From positions 248,302 through 312,301 of the forward strand of contig CAVTQT010000002.1 in assembly GCA_963736955.1 (NCBI GenBank): a stretch of DNA of 64,000 bases, read 5' to 3'. The position numbers and the translations under genes are program-made. Each line of letters starts with the position of its first letter. Within the stretch, counting starts at the first letter, position 1. Origin of the DNA: an uncultured Pseudomonadota bacterium. GTDB taxonomy: Bacteria > Pseudomonadota > Gammaproteobacteria > Steroidobacterales > Steroidobacteraceae. Below, one piece after another: positions 21,629 through 30,887 of the stretch. A model generated the notes under the pieces. It searched no databases and was not told the DNA's origin. It saw nothing but the letters and a program-made list of their open reading frames with translations.

Positions 21629-21657
21629 GGGCGGGTGAGCAATCACCTGCCCTTTTT
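21629..21657 (+). terminator. rho-independent terminator of the EF-G gene
   Basis: GGGCGGGTGA (21629-38), loop GCAA, TCACCTGCCC (21643-52), then TTTTT. Confidence 0.7.
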
Positions 21658-21663
21658 CATGAA

Positions 21664-22281
21664 GTGAGTAGATTGATGCCCGAATTCAGAAACCACTCCT
21701 ACGCCGCATTCCTGTTCGATATGGACGGCACGCTGCTGGACTCATCTGCCGCCGTTGATCGAGTCTGGGGATCATGGGCAAAACGACACGGCGTCGATGT
21801 CCCGACGTTGCTGGCAACTGTCCATGGTGTGCGATCGGAGGACACGATCCGGCGGTTCGCAGGCGCGGGCGTGGACGTTGCCAGGGAAACCCAGTGGATA
21901 CTCGAAGCCGAGGTAGCCGATGTAGAAGGCGTCGTCGCGCTGCCGGGAATTCATGCGTTCATCGACGCGCTTGATCCCGGTACGTGGGCCATCGTCACCT
22001 CCGCGCCGCGCACCTTGGCCGAAGTCCGACTGCGCGCCGTGAATCTGCCTATCCCTGAAGTGATGATCACCGGCGAAGACGTGCGGCGCGGCAAACCAGA
22101 CCCGCAAGGATTCTTGCTTGCCGCGCAGCGGCTTGGTGTGGGCATCGGCAAATGCCTGGTGTTCGAAGATTCGCCCGCAGGGGTTGCTGCGGCAAAGGCC
22201 GCCGGCGCTCACGTGGCGATCGTTGGCGGAATGGTTCCGGGAACCGAAGGAAATTTCGTTCTCGCTAACTACGGCGCGTAA
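21664..22281 (+). CDS. HAD-IA family phosphatase/hydrolase
   Basis: Motif I is FLFDMDGTLLDS. The later motifs are GKPDP and FEDSPAG. The start is GTG 21664 or ATG 21676. Confidence 0.8.
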   Translation: MSRLMPEFRNHSYAAFLFDMDGTLLDSSAAVDRVWGSWAKRHGVDVPTLLATVHGVRSEDTIRRFAGAGVDVARETQWILEAEVADVEGVVALPGIHAFIDALDPGTWAIVTSAPRTLAEVRLRAVNLPIPEVMITGEDVRRGKPDPQGFLLAAQRLGVGIGKCLVFEDSPAGVAAAKAAGAHVAIVGGMVPGTEGNFVLANYGA

Positions 22282-22639
22282 CCGCCTCTTCAGCCGCGCC
22301 CCAGGCGTGAGCGGTCTCGAGTGCGACGGAGTGGTACAGCGTGTCGAACACATGCTGCTTCAATTCAATTGAAAGTTGACAGGCGCGTCGATGGATCGCT
22401 GCGTCCTCGCGCGTCGGCAGCTCGAGCGCGTGCAACATCTCGACATCTTGCACCGCCGAATCAGGACTAAGGCGCGACAGAACGGCACTGACTTCAGCGA
22501 GCCAATGGACCGGCTGAACGATCTCTTCTTCGCCGGAAAGGACTTCGACGCATGAGCTCTGATGCGATCAGTGTCTCGTCCTCGGCTCGGGGTCTTCGAG
22601 GAGCCACTTCAAGATCACGCTCGCGTCGACAACGAGCAC
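22265..22639 (-). pseudogene. vapC: PIN-domain toxin (VapC-like), interrupted
   Basis: GTG overlaps the antitoxin stop (TAGTG). The N-terminus, (M)LVVDASVILKWLLEDPE, is classic PIN, followed by an in-frame TGA near 22568. The rest of the PIN domain continues in another frame (…VHWLAEVSAVLSRL…QHVFDTLYHSVALE…). Confidence 0.55.
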
Positions 22640-22872
22640 TACGAGCGTCCGGAGGTCCGCGCTGCTGCAACCTTGGCTTTCGACGCCGCAGGCCGCTTAG
22701 CCCGACGCGCAGTCAGTTTCCGATAGAGATCCGCCCGTCGCTCATGCCGCGCGTGTTCTTCGACAGCGCGGGTCATCAACTGGGCAATGACAGCGCTCTT
22801 GTTTCGCCCGGCGAAGGCCGCGTCGAACGCCTCCTTCACTTCATCAGGCACGCTGAAATTGACGGTGGCCAT
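22639..22872 (-). CDS. ribbon-helix-helix antitoxin (VapB/CopG-like)
   Basis: 77 aa. The N-terminal RHH pattern is MATVNFSVPDEVKEAFDAAF. It lies directly upstream of and overlaps the PIN gene. Confidence 0.6.
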   Translation of the reverse strand: MATVNFSVPDEVKEAFDAAFAGRNKSAVIAQLMTRAVEEHARHERRADLYRKLTARRAKRPAASKAKVAAARTSGRS

Positions 22873-23065
22873 GAGTGCCTCGACCTATGTTGTTGAAATC
22901 TTCAACATCCGGGAGTCTACTCGAATCGCACGCATTTGAGGCGGCGCGTAAAACCAAAGTCGCAACCGCGCTCGACTCTCGTTTGTCCGCGTTCGTCCGA
23001 TGTTCGTCGCCGGCCCGCCAGCGCCCTCCTAACCTCGCGCCTCCATTCACGCATCGGAGGCCGCC

Positions 23066-23881
23066 ATGTACAAGTCCCTACTGCTGTTCTTCTCTCTGGG
23101 GTTCATGACCCTGACCGCATTTGCCGCGACTCCGCCCGACAGCGAAGTGCTCGACCAGGCGCGTCGGCTACAGATGGAATTCAGACAAGGCAATCTCGAG
23201 GTCGCGAAGCCGCTGGTGAAGATGCTTGAAGAAGCGGTCACCCGATCGCCCGACAACGCTCAACTGTGGGAAATGCTGGGGCACGCATTGATGTCCCTGC
23301 AGGGCTCGATGTATGCCGGGCCGCCAGACATGGCCAAGCTGCTGGAAGTCGGCGAACGCGCGCGGGACGCCTACGCGCGCTCGCTGGCTATCAGACCGAA
23401 CGACCGGCTCACGCGCTCAAGTCACGGTATGGCGACCATGATCGCCTCGCTACTCAAGGGCGACGGGCCAGGCATGGTGGCGGGAGTCGACGAAATGAAC
23501 GCGGTGGTTCGCGAATCCCCGAATTACAAGGGCGCCCGGTTGACGCGAGCCTTCACCATCATTCACCTTCCGCCTGGCATGCGCGACAACAACGCCGTCA
23601 TCGAAGATCTTCGCTTCCTGCTCGACATCGCTCCGGGCGGCCGTCCGGAAGACGTGATCCATGTGTTGCTCGGCGACGTGCTCGCGGAGACGGGCGATCT
23701 GAAAGGAGCGCGCAACGAGTACAGCCAGGTCTCCGGCGCCTCGGCCTTCGCCGGCGAGCAGGTGAAGCTGCGGCTCGCCGACCTCGAGAAGGGCGCGATC
23801 CCTCCCGACGCATTCGCCAAGGTGCGAGCCGTCACGGGCTCGGGTTGCGTCATGTGTCACGCGCCGGGCTCTGACAACTGA
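23066..23881 (+). CDS. periplasmic TPR-like protein with a C-terminal CxxCH (heme c) motif
   Basis: GGAGG RBS is present. The signal peptide is MYKSLLLFFSLGFMTLTAFA. The body is helical and TPR-like. The C-terminus reads ...TGSGCVMCHAPGSDN. The stop overlaps the kinase start (TGATG). Confidence 0.6.
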   Translation: MYKSLLLFFSLGFMTLTAFAATPPDSEVLDQARRLQMEFRQGNLEVAKPLVKMLEEAVTRSPDNAQLWEMLGHALMSLQGSMYAGPPDMAKLLEVGERARDAYARSLAIRPNDRLTRSSHGMATMIASLLKGDGPGMVAGVDEMNAVVRESPNYKGARLTRAFTIIHLPPGMRDNNAVIEDLRFLLDIAPGGRPEDVIHVLLGDVLAETGDLKGARNEYSQVSGASAFAGEQVKLRLADLEKGAIPPDAFAKVRAVTGSGCVMCHAPGSDN

Positions 23882-25674
23882 TGGAGCGGGACCTCACCTA
23901 CGTCGCGCTGGATGCGATCGCGTTCATCACGGGCGCGACACTCAGCGCGATGTTGGGGCACATGCAGTATCGCGTCGATCGCGCCACGGGCCGCATGAGC
24001 GGGTACCTGCTGCTGTGGCTGCTGGGATTCATCTGGACCTTCGGCAATTTCATGCGATGCACGCTGGAGCTGGCCGGCGCGACTCCGGACTCCACCGCCG
24101 CGCGATTCGCGGAGACCTTTGCCTGGAGTTGCACGCTGCTCGGCCCGCTCACCGTCGGCCGACTGGTGCAAGGTGGCATTGGTTCGACGAGCCGGACGTC
24201 GAAGCGATTGTTCGCGTTCACGGTGGCCGTGTCGTTGCTCAATCTCGTGCTGATGGTTCGAGCCAACTATCTGTCCGACTTTCAGCTCGAGAGCAGCGGC
24301 TATCCAACGGTTTCGTTCTACATCGCGCTGGCGACCGGCATCACCGCGTTTGTCATCTATCTACGAGAACGGAAGGCGCAGCCTCGGCGCAGGACGATGC
24401 CGCGCTGGTTTGCGCCGGCCGCCCTGCTGTTCGCGGCCACCCACACCGCGGCCATCCTGCTCAGCACGCTCGCCCCCGACATGCCGGAGACCGCGATGAC
24501 TGCGGTCAGTCTCATCGCGCGGCACTGGACCATTCCCTGGTCGATCCTGATTGCGGTGTCTCTCGCCCAGGCGCACTACGCGGATATCGTGGCCAAGCGC
24601 AGCCTGTGGCTGCTCGCCAGCATCACCATCGCCACGATCATCAGCATGACGGTGATCGACGTGCCTCCGGGGTTGCCACTGCTCGCGACCGCGCTGGTCA
24701 CGTGGGCGCTGATGCTGGTGGCTCCGCAGTTCATTCGCGCGATCGAAGCGTTGGTCGACCAGGTGATCCTCGACCGGCCCGATTACGCGGTGGCCGCAAG
24801 AACGCTGGACGACGCGTTTCGCCGCGCCACCACTCCGGACGAGGTCATCGAGACCGCGCTGGCCTCCGTGCGCACGACCCTGCACGTGGACGCGAGCTAC
24901 TCCGACGGGCCGGCCGAAAAACTGACCATCACCACCACGCACGAAGCCCGCACGCTCATGCAGCCCGAGCGCGCCTTCCTCGAATCCGTCCGCACACAAC
25001 TCGAACATCGCCTCGACGCGATGCGCTTCGAAGCCGAGCAACGCGCGCTGCTGCTGCGCGAAGAGCGCCTGCGCCGGCTGCTCACCGAGGCGGAGCTCAA
25101 GGCCCTGCGAACGCAGGTCGACCCGCATTTCCTCTTCAACACGCTGAACACCATCGCGGATCTCATCAGCGCGAATCCGCAGCAGGCAGAACGCATGACG
25201 GAACGGCTCGCGGAATGTTTTCGGTACGCGCTGGCGACGCATTCGCGCGAATATTCCACGCTCGACGAAGAACTGAACTTCGCCCGCCAGTACCTCGACA
25301 TCGAACAGGTTCGCTTCGGCGAGCGGTTGCGCGTGCAGCTCTCGCGTGGCGACGCCACGGGCAACGAAGCCATTCCCTCGCTGCTGCTGCAGCCCTTGCT
25401 CGAGAACGCGATCCGTCACGGCCTCGCGCCGGTTCGCGAAGGCGGCAACGTGACCGTGAGCGCTCACCGCGAAGGCGAGCGGCTGCGGTTGGTCGTCGAG
25501 GATGACGGCGTGGGTCTGAGTTCGGGCTTCGCCAATCGGGACGGGATAGGGCTGCGCAACGTGCAGGACCGTCTGCACACGTTGTATGGACAAGCGGCGG
25601 AGTTCATCATCGGCGGGCGTGCCGGCGGACGAGGCACCTCGGTCACCCTGGTGATACCACTGCATGCCCATTAG
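23881..25674 (+). CDS. LytS/YehU-type sensor histidine kinase with an approximately 8-TM N-terminal domain
   Basis: The His_kinase (PF06580-type) H box is DPHFLFNTLNTIADLI. HATPase motifs are LLLQPLLENAIRHG and DDGVGL...GIGLRNV. The first ~290 aa are hydrophobic. Confidence 0.85.
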   Translation: MERDLTYVALDAIAFITGATLSAMLGHMQYRVDRATGRMSGYLLLWLLGFIWTFGNFMRCTLELAGATPDSTAARFAETFAWSCTLLGPLTVGRLVQGGIGSTSRTSKRLFAFTVAVSLLNLVLMVRANYLSDFQLESSGYPTVSFYIALATGITAFVIYLRERKAQPRRRTMPRWFAPAALLFAATHTAAILLSTLAPDMPETAMTAVSLIARHWTIPWSILIAVSLAQAHYADIVAKRSLWLLASITIATIISMTVIDVPPGLPLLATALVTWALMLVAPQFIRAIEALVDQVILDRPDYAVAARTLDDAFRRATTPDEVIETALASVRTTLHVDASYSDGPAEKLTITTTHEARTLMQPERAFLESVRTQLEHRLDAMRFEAEQRALLLREERLRRLLTEAELKALRTQVDPHFLFNTLNTIADLISANPQQAERMTERLAECFRYALATHSREYSTLDEELNFARQYLDIEQVRFGERLRVQLSRGDATGNEAIPSLLLQPLLENAIRHGLAPVREGGNVTVSAHREGERLRLVVEDDGVGLSSGFANRDGIGLRNVQDRLHTLYGQAAEFIIGGRAGGRGTSVTLVIPLHAH

Positions 25675-26425
25675 CGCCTTGATAGCCGACGACGAAGCGT
25701 CGGCCCGCTCGCGGCTGCGGAAAATTCTTGCGCCCTATCCATTCGAGCTCCTCGAGCAGGACGCGCGCGATGGTCTCGAGGCGCTCGAGGCCATCCGGAA
25801 GCATCGCCCGCAGGTGGTATTCCTCGACGTCGAGATGCCGGGCCTCGGCGGATTCGAAGTGGTCGAATCGCTCGACGCCGCGGAGATGCCACTCATCGTA
25901 TTCGTCACGGCCTACGACCACTATGCGCTGGCGGCGTTCGAAGCCAATGCCGTCGCTTACCTGCTGAAACCGGTGGGCGAGGAACGGTTACAGGCGATGG
26001 TGTCGCGCGTCGAGCAGTTGCTGGGTTCGCCCGACGAAGCGGCGCAGGCCGCGTCCCGCGTGAACATGGTCACCCGCGCGAGACCGCAGACGCTGCATCA
26101 CGTGCTGGCGATTCAGAAAGATGGTTACGCGTTGATCCCGTTGAGCGATGTCTGCTCCTTCCAGGTGGAAGACGGCGTCACGCACGTCAGGACGGCCACG
26201 GCCAGCTTTCGGACTAACTATGCGATCAACGATCTCGAAAAGCGCTTGCCGGTGCCGCCGTTCTTCCGCGCGCACCGCGCAACCATCGCCAACCTCGACA
26301 AGGTTGCGACGATCAGCCCGCTGTTCAAAGGCGCGCTGCTGCTCAAGATGAAGGACGCACAGGGCAGCGAGATCCAGGTGAGCGAGCGGCAGGCAAAGCA
26401 CGTGCGCGAATTGCTTCAGCTCTGA
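25664..26425 (+). CDS. LytR/AlgR family response regulator (REC + LytTR)
   Basis: REC motifs are LIADDE and VFLDVEMPG. The LytTR part reads …FFRAHRATIANLDKV… It overlaps the kinase gene by 11 nt. Confidence 0.9.
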   Translation: MPISALIADDEASARSRLRKILAPYPFELLEQDARDGLEALEAIRKHRPQVVFLDVEMPGLGGFEVVESLDAAEMPLIVFVTAYDHYALAAFEANAVAYLLKPVGEERLQAMVSRVEQLLGSPDEAAQAASRVNMVTRARPQTLHHVLAIQKDGYALIPLSDVCSFQVEDGVTHVRTATASFRTNYAINDLEKRLPVPPFFRAHRATIANLDKVATISPLFKGALLLKMKDAQGSEIQVSERQAKHVRELLQL

Positions 26426-26438
26426 CGGAGCTGTTTTT
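26417..26438 (+). terminator. putative intrinsic terminator of the TPR-kinase-LytTR operon
   Basis: CAGCTC (26417-22), loop TGACG, GAGCTG (26428-33), then TTTTT (26434-38). Confidence 0.5.
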
Positions 26439-26531
26439 ATATACAGCCCTGGATGAGGTGATTAAGCGCCCTAATCACCTCATTTGTTGAGTTGATTAAG
26501 GCGGCCATTCACCTCACAATACGAGGCGAAT

Positions 26532-27663
26532 ATGGCATCCAAACGCCTCAAGCAATGGATCTGGGAAAACCCGAAATGGCCCCAGTTCACGTGGGATGCC
26601 GGGGTCTTGAGCACTCCTCTCGCCGCCGCGCGTCGAGCCCAGGGCGAAGTTGCGGGCATGGCAAGACTCCTCGATGCCAACGCCGATCTTCAGGCACAAC
26701 TCGAAGTCCTGACGAAGGAAGGCATCGCCACGAGCGCCATCGAAGGCGAGAAGTTCGATCCCAATTCGCTGCGAAGTTCGCTCGCGCGTCGCCTCGGACT
26801 TCCCACTGCTGGTTTGCCACCGGCAACCCGATCGGTCGAAGGACTCGTCGAAGTACTGCTCGATGCCACGCGCGACTTCAACGAACCCCTTCAACTGAAG
26901 AGACTGAATTCCTGGCAAGCCGCGTTGTTCCCGACGGGCAGATCCGGCTTGCACGAAATCCGCGTTGGCAAACTTCGCGGCGAAGATCCCATGCAAATCG
27001 TGTCCGGCCCCATCGGCCGCGAACGGGTGCACTTCGAAGCACCGCCACGAGATCGACTCGATGAGGAAATGAAGACTCTTCCTCGCGTGGTTCAACAACG
27101 CTCCGAAAGGTTCAGACGGCCTGCTACGCGCGGGGCTGGCTCATGCGTGGTTTGAAGTCGTGCACCCTTACGAGGACGGCAACGGCCGCGTTGGCCGCGC
27201 ATTGCTGGATCGCGCGCTGGCCCAGGACGAAAACCGATCGACGCGTCTGTACAGCATGTCCGCGCGATTCGAATCCGGAGCGCGACGAGTACTACGACGC
27301 GCTTGGAGCGTTCTCAACAGGAACGATGGATGTCACTCCTGGCTGCAATGGTTTCTGATCCAAGTAGAAGCGGCGGCCAAGTCCAGCGAGCACACGGTGA
27401 ATCGTGTGGTTGCCAAAGCGCAGTATTGGGCGCGCCATGCGGACGTGACCCTCAATGAACGACAGAAGAAGGCGCTCAATGTCTTGCTCGATGCCGGACC
27501 GCAAGGTTTCGTCGGCGGAATGACGAATAAAAAGTATGCGAGTCTGACCAAGACCAGCGCGCCTACGGCGCAGCGCGACCTGGCCGACCTCGTGGAAAAA
27601 GGATGTCTGGTACTGACCGGCGCCGGCAGAAGTGTTCGCTACGAATTGCCCGGCAGCGCGCTA
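26532..27663 (+). pseudogene. Fic family protein (DUF4172 N-terminal + Fic domain), 3-4 frame disruptions
   Basis: The Fic motif HPYEDGNGRVGRALL is present. The conserved sequence runs through three frames: …EEMKT | LFLAWFNNAPKG…YSMSARFES | ERDEYYDALGAFSTGTMDVTP | WLQWFL… The breaks are near 27072, 27272 and 27338. The probable true stop is TAA near 27661 after a further shift. Confidence 0.8.
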
Positions 27664-27673
27664 AGCTCGCGCC

Positions 27674-28432
27674 ATGGCCAAACCAAAAGCCGGCAAGATC
27701 TTCGTAGGCATCGGCGGCTGGAACTTCGCGCCCTGGCGCGGCAGCTTCTATCCGAAGGGCCTGATGCAGACGCAAGAGCTGCACTACGCGAGCCGCGAGC
27801 TCACCTCGATCGAGATCAACTCGACGTTCTACGGTTTGCAGAAGCCCGCGACGTTCAAGAAGTGGCATGACGAGACGCCGGACGGATTCGTGTTCAGCGT
27901 CAAGGCGCCGAGGTTCGTGACACTACGCAAGAACCTCGCGGAGAGTGCGTCGAGCATCGAGCGCTTCCTCGGGAGCGGTGTTCTGCAACTTGGGCAAAAG
28001 CTCGGCGCGATCAACTGGCAGCTCGCTCCGGGCAAGCGTTTCGATGCGAAGGAGCTGGATGCATTCCTTGCGCTGCTGCCGCGCAAGATCGAGGGCCGCG
28101 CGTTGCGTCACGCGCTCGAAGTGCGCCATGCGAGCTTCGACTGCGAGGAGTTCGTCGCATTGGCGCGCGAACGCCAGGTCGCCGTCGTCGAAGCCGGCGA
28201 TTCGGAATACCCACGCATCCAGGCGCGCAGCGCCCCTTTCAGCTACTTGCGCGTGATGGGCACGAAGGCCAGCGCGCCGAAGGGCTATGCGCCCGCCGCC
28301 CTCGCGCGCTGGCGGGAACATGCGCAGACCCTGGCCCGCGACGGCGATGTGTTCTTCTACTTCATCAGCGGCGCGAAGGAACGCAATCCGCAGGCGGCGC
28401 GCGCGCTGCTCGGAGCTCTCGAGCGGAGTTGA
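27674..28432 (+). CDS. DUF72 domain-containing protein
   Basis: N-terminal IFVGIGGWNFAPWRGSFYPKGL and the overall 250-aa length are typical of DUF72. Confidence 0.8.
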   Translation: MAKPKAGKIFVGIGGWNFAPWRGSFYPKGLMQTQELHYASRELTSIEINSTFYGLQKPATFKKWHDETPDGFVFSVKAPRFVTLRKNLAESASSIERFLGSGVLQLGQKLGAINWQLAPGKRFDAKELDAFLALLPRKIEGRALRHALEVRHASFDCEEFVALARERQVAVVEAGDSEYPRIQARSAPFSYLRVMGTKASAPKGYAPAALARWREHAQTLARDGDVFFYFISGAKERNPQAARALLGALERS

Positions 28433-28433
28433 G

Positions 28434-29580
28434 CTACCAAATCGCGCGCAACGCCCTCAGCAATCGATCGACACCATCCGTCGATCGTCACGTTGCCTGG
28501 CGACACGCGCAGTGTCGTTCCGCGGCAATCCGCGAACACATCTTGTTTGCGCAGCCCGGCGACGACCGCGGCCGGATCGCTGCACTCGCTGGCAAACGAA
28601 ACATCACACTGCCGCCGCGTTCTTCCGCTGACTCTGGGCTCGCCAACTCGAGACCAAGCCCGACGCAGCCCTCGCAGAACCGCCTCGACCAGTGATCGAT
28701 TGTGAGCTAGCAGCTCTGCGGCATTTTGTTGAGCGTGCCAATCCAGCGCAGGCAGGCACGCGGCGCAGGCAAGTATCGACGGCGTGCCGTGATCGAACCG
28801 CCGCGCGTCGGGCGCGTACTCAAATGAGTCGAGTGCCCAGGCGAAAGGATTCTCCTGGCTGAACCAGCCGCGCAATTCGGGCCGGCACTCCTTTAATAGG
28901 CGCTCACGGACCTGCAGCACCCCGGCGCCCGCCACTCCGCACAGCCACTTGAGCGTCGAGCCGACCACGAAGTCCGCATCCGCAGCGCGCACGTCGAACG
29001 GAATGATGCCGACGCCTTGCGTGATATCCACGCCCACCACAGAACCCATCGCGCGACCGTGTTCGACCAGCGCGCGAAGATCGCAGCGATGTGAGGCGGT
29101 GGAGGTCACCCACGTCAGCAGCGCGACACCGACATCCGCGTCCCAGCGCGCGATGAAGTCTTCGTCTCGCACCCAGCATTCGCCGGGTCGCATCGGCACG
29201 GTGTCTATTTCAAATCCCCGCCGCTCGGCCATGCCCGCCAACAGAAAATGCAGGCTCGGGAAGCAATCCGCGGCAATGAGCAGCTTGCGGCCATGCAACC
29301 ATCGATCCGGCAGCGACCCGATGATCGAGTACAGCGCGGTGGTGACATTCTCGGCCGTCGTCAGAGTGCCGGTCGGTGCGCCGATGAGATCACTCCATCG
29401 CGCGATGAATTTCTGCCGGATCTCGAGCGACTGCGGCCACTGAGCGTCATTCGGCGTTCCCCAGAGTGTTGCGACGCGTGCCAGCGCTTCGGCAATGCGC
29501 TCGTCTTTCCCGGGAAACATGCCGATGGAGTGGTACAGGAAGTAGCCGGATCCATCGCTGGTGACCGTCGCCATTTGCAC
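28434..29580 (-). pseudogene. kynureninase-like / class V aminotransferase-fold PLP enzyme, about 3 frame disruptions
   Basis: The N-terminal pattern is YFLYHSIGMFP… The PLP-Lys region is VVGSTLKWLCG. A compensating pair of shifts lies at about 28585/28662: GLGLELASPESAEERGGSVMFRLPAS is readable only in another frame. Another shift near 28480 leads to TAG 28434-36. Confidence 0.65.
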
Positions 29581-29609
29581 AGCATGTCACGATTCGGCAG
29601 GCTGCCACT

Positions 29610-30887
29610 ATGAGCAACCTTTCGGACGCCTTCGACCGATGGATCCGCGGCTCCTTCATGGAGATCAACACGGAGCTCGAGAATCTCTACTTCGCGCAGG
29701 ACCGGACCGGGCGGACGTTTCGCGATGCGGCGAAAACCTGAAGTCGCAACTGCGCGATGAAGGTCACCAGCACGTGGTGGCGCTGCTGGCGGAGGGCGAT
29801 ACCGGCGATGGATTCGAGACTGCGTTCGGTGTGCTCGGAAATGTCGGCATGTACCTGGCTGCGCTGCGGCGTCACGAGCTGACGAACCCGGCGCGCGAGG
29901 AACGCTCACCTTTTCCCGAGGCTTCGTCGCTGGCAATGCATGTCGGCGCGGCGCTCGGCATGGCGCCGCGCTTCTCCACCGCTCACATCGCGCACCTCAA
30001 CTTCGCCAATGCGGGCGTGCGCAAGAGTTTCACGTCGCTGCCCGATGAGATCCTGTTCATCGACGAGAACACGCGCGGCATCCTGCTGCTGCAGCTGGCG
30101 GCCGACGCTCTTGCGAAAGTGGTGCCGCTCGGAATCTCGAGCCCGATCGTCGACGTGCCGTTCGCCGCTGCCAAACACGCGCTCGAAGCGGTGATCGAAT
30201 CCAACCAACGGTTGTTCGACCAACTCGATGTCGACCGATTCTTCTTCTCCGTGCGGCCTTACTACAAGCCTTACAAGGTGGGGCGGCAGGAATATCGCGG
30301 CGCCAACGCCGGCGACTTCTCGGGGATCAACGAGATCGATCTGCTGTTGGGCCTGTGCCGCGCCAACGATCCGTACTACGCGCAGCTGCTCGTGGACAAG
30401 ATGCAGTTCATGCCGCCACAGGACCAGGCGCGCCTGCGCGAGTGCATGCGGCACGAAAGTTTTCTCGATGAGTTGCTGGCGCTTGGCGCCGAGCACGCTC
30501 GCGAGGACTGGTTTCGGCAGCAACGCGCGGGGCTATCTCGAACTTTGCGAGCTGTTTGGGCGATATGCCAGCCAGCACCACGACCATCTCGTGAAGCGCT
30601 TCATCGAAGCGCCTGCGGCGCGGCTCGGCGAAGCGCATCTCGAGAGCATTACCGCCAGCGGGCCTCCGTTGCCCGTGCTGCTGCGGTCCCTCGAAGTGCT
30701 GCGTGACATGCGGCTGGCGGTGAATCGCTCCGACATCGCCACGCGTCACGCGGATCTCGAGCGCCTCCGCAGCTGGGGCCTGGAATCGCGCCTGAACTTG
30801 CGCAGCGCAATACGGCCCATCACTTCTCCCGCGCCTACAAAACTTTCGCCGCCGGATGACATCGCGCCGCGGGTTGCACCGGCATGA
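29610..30887 (+). pseudogene. PrnB/DUF1864-like protein (TDO/IDO heme-dioxygenase superfamily), 2 frame disruptions
   Basis: The core FFFSVRPYYKPYKVGRQEYRGANAGDFSGINEIDLLLG aligns with PrnB …[34 protein letters not shown]. The N-terminus from ATG 29610 hits TGA near 29739, with a frame change near 29728. A second change lies near 30515. Confidence 0.55.

Noticed and set aside
26532-28432. Fic + downstream gene as a Fic/antitoxin or defence module.
   Set aside because: The downstream gene is an ordinary DUF72 protein. No small inhibitory (S/T)xxxE(G/N) antitoxin ORF was seen, and the Fic gene itself is multiply interrupted.
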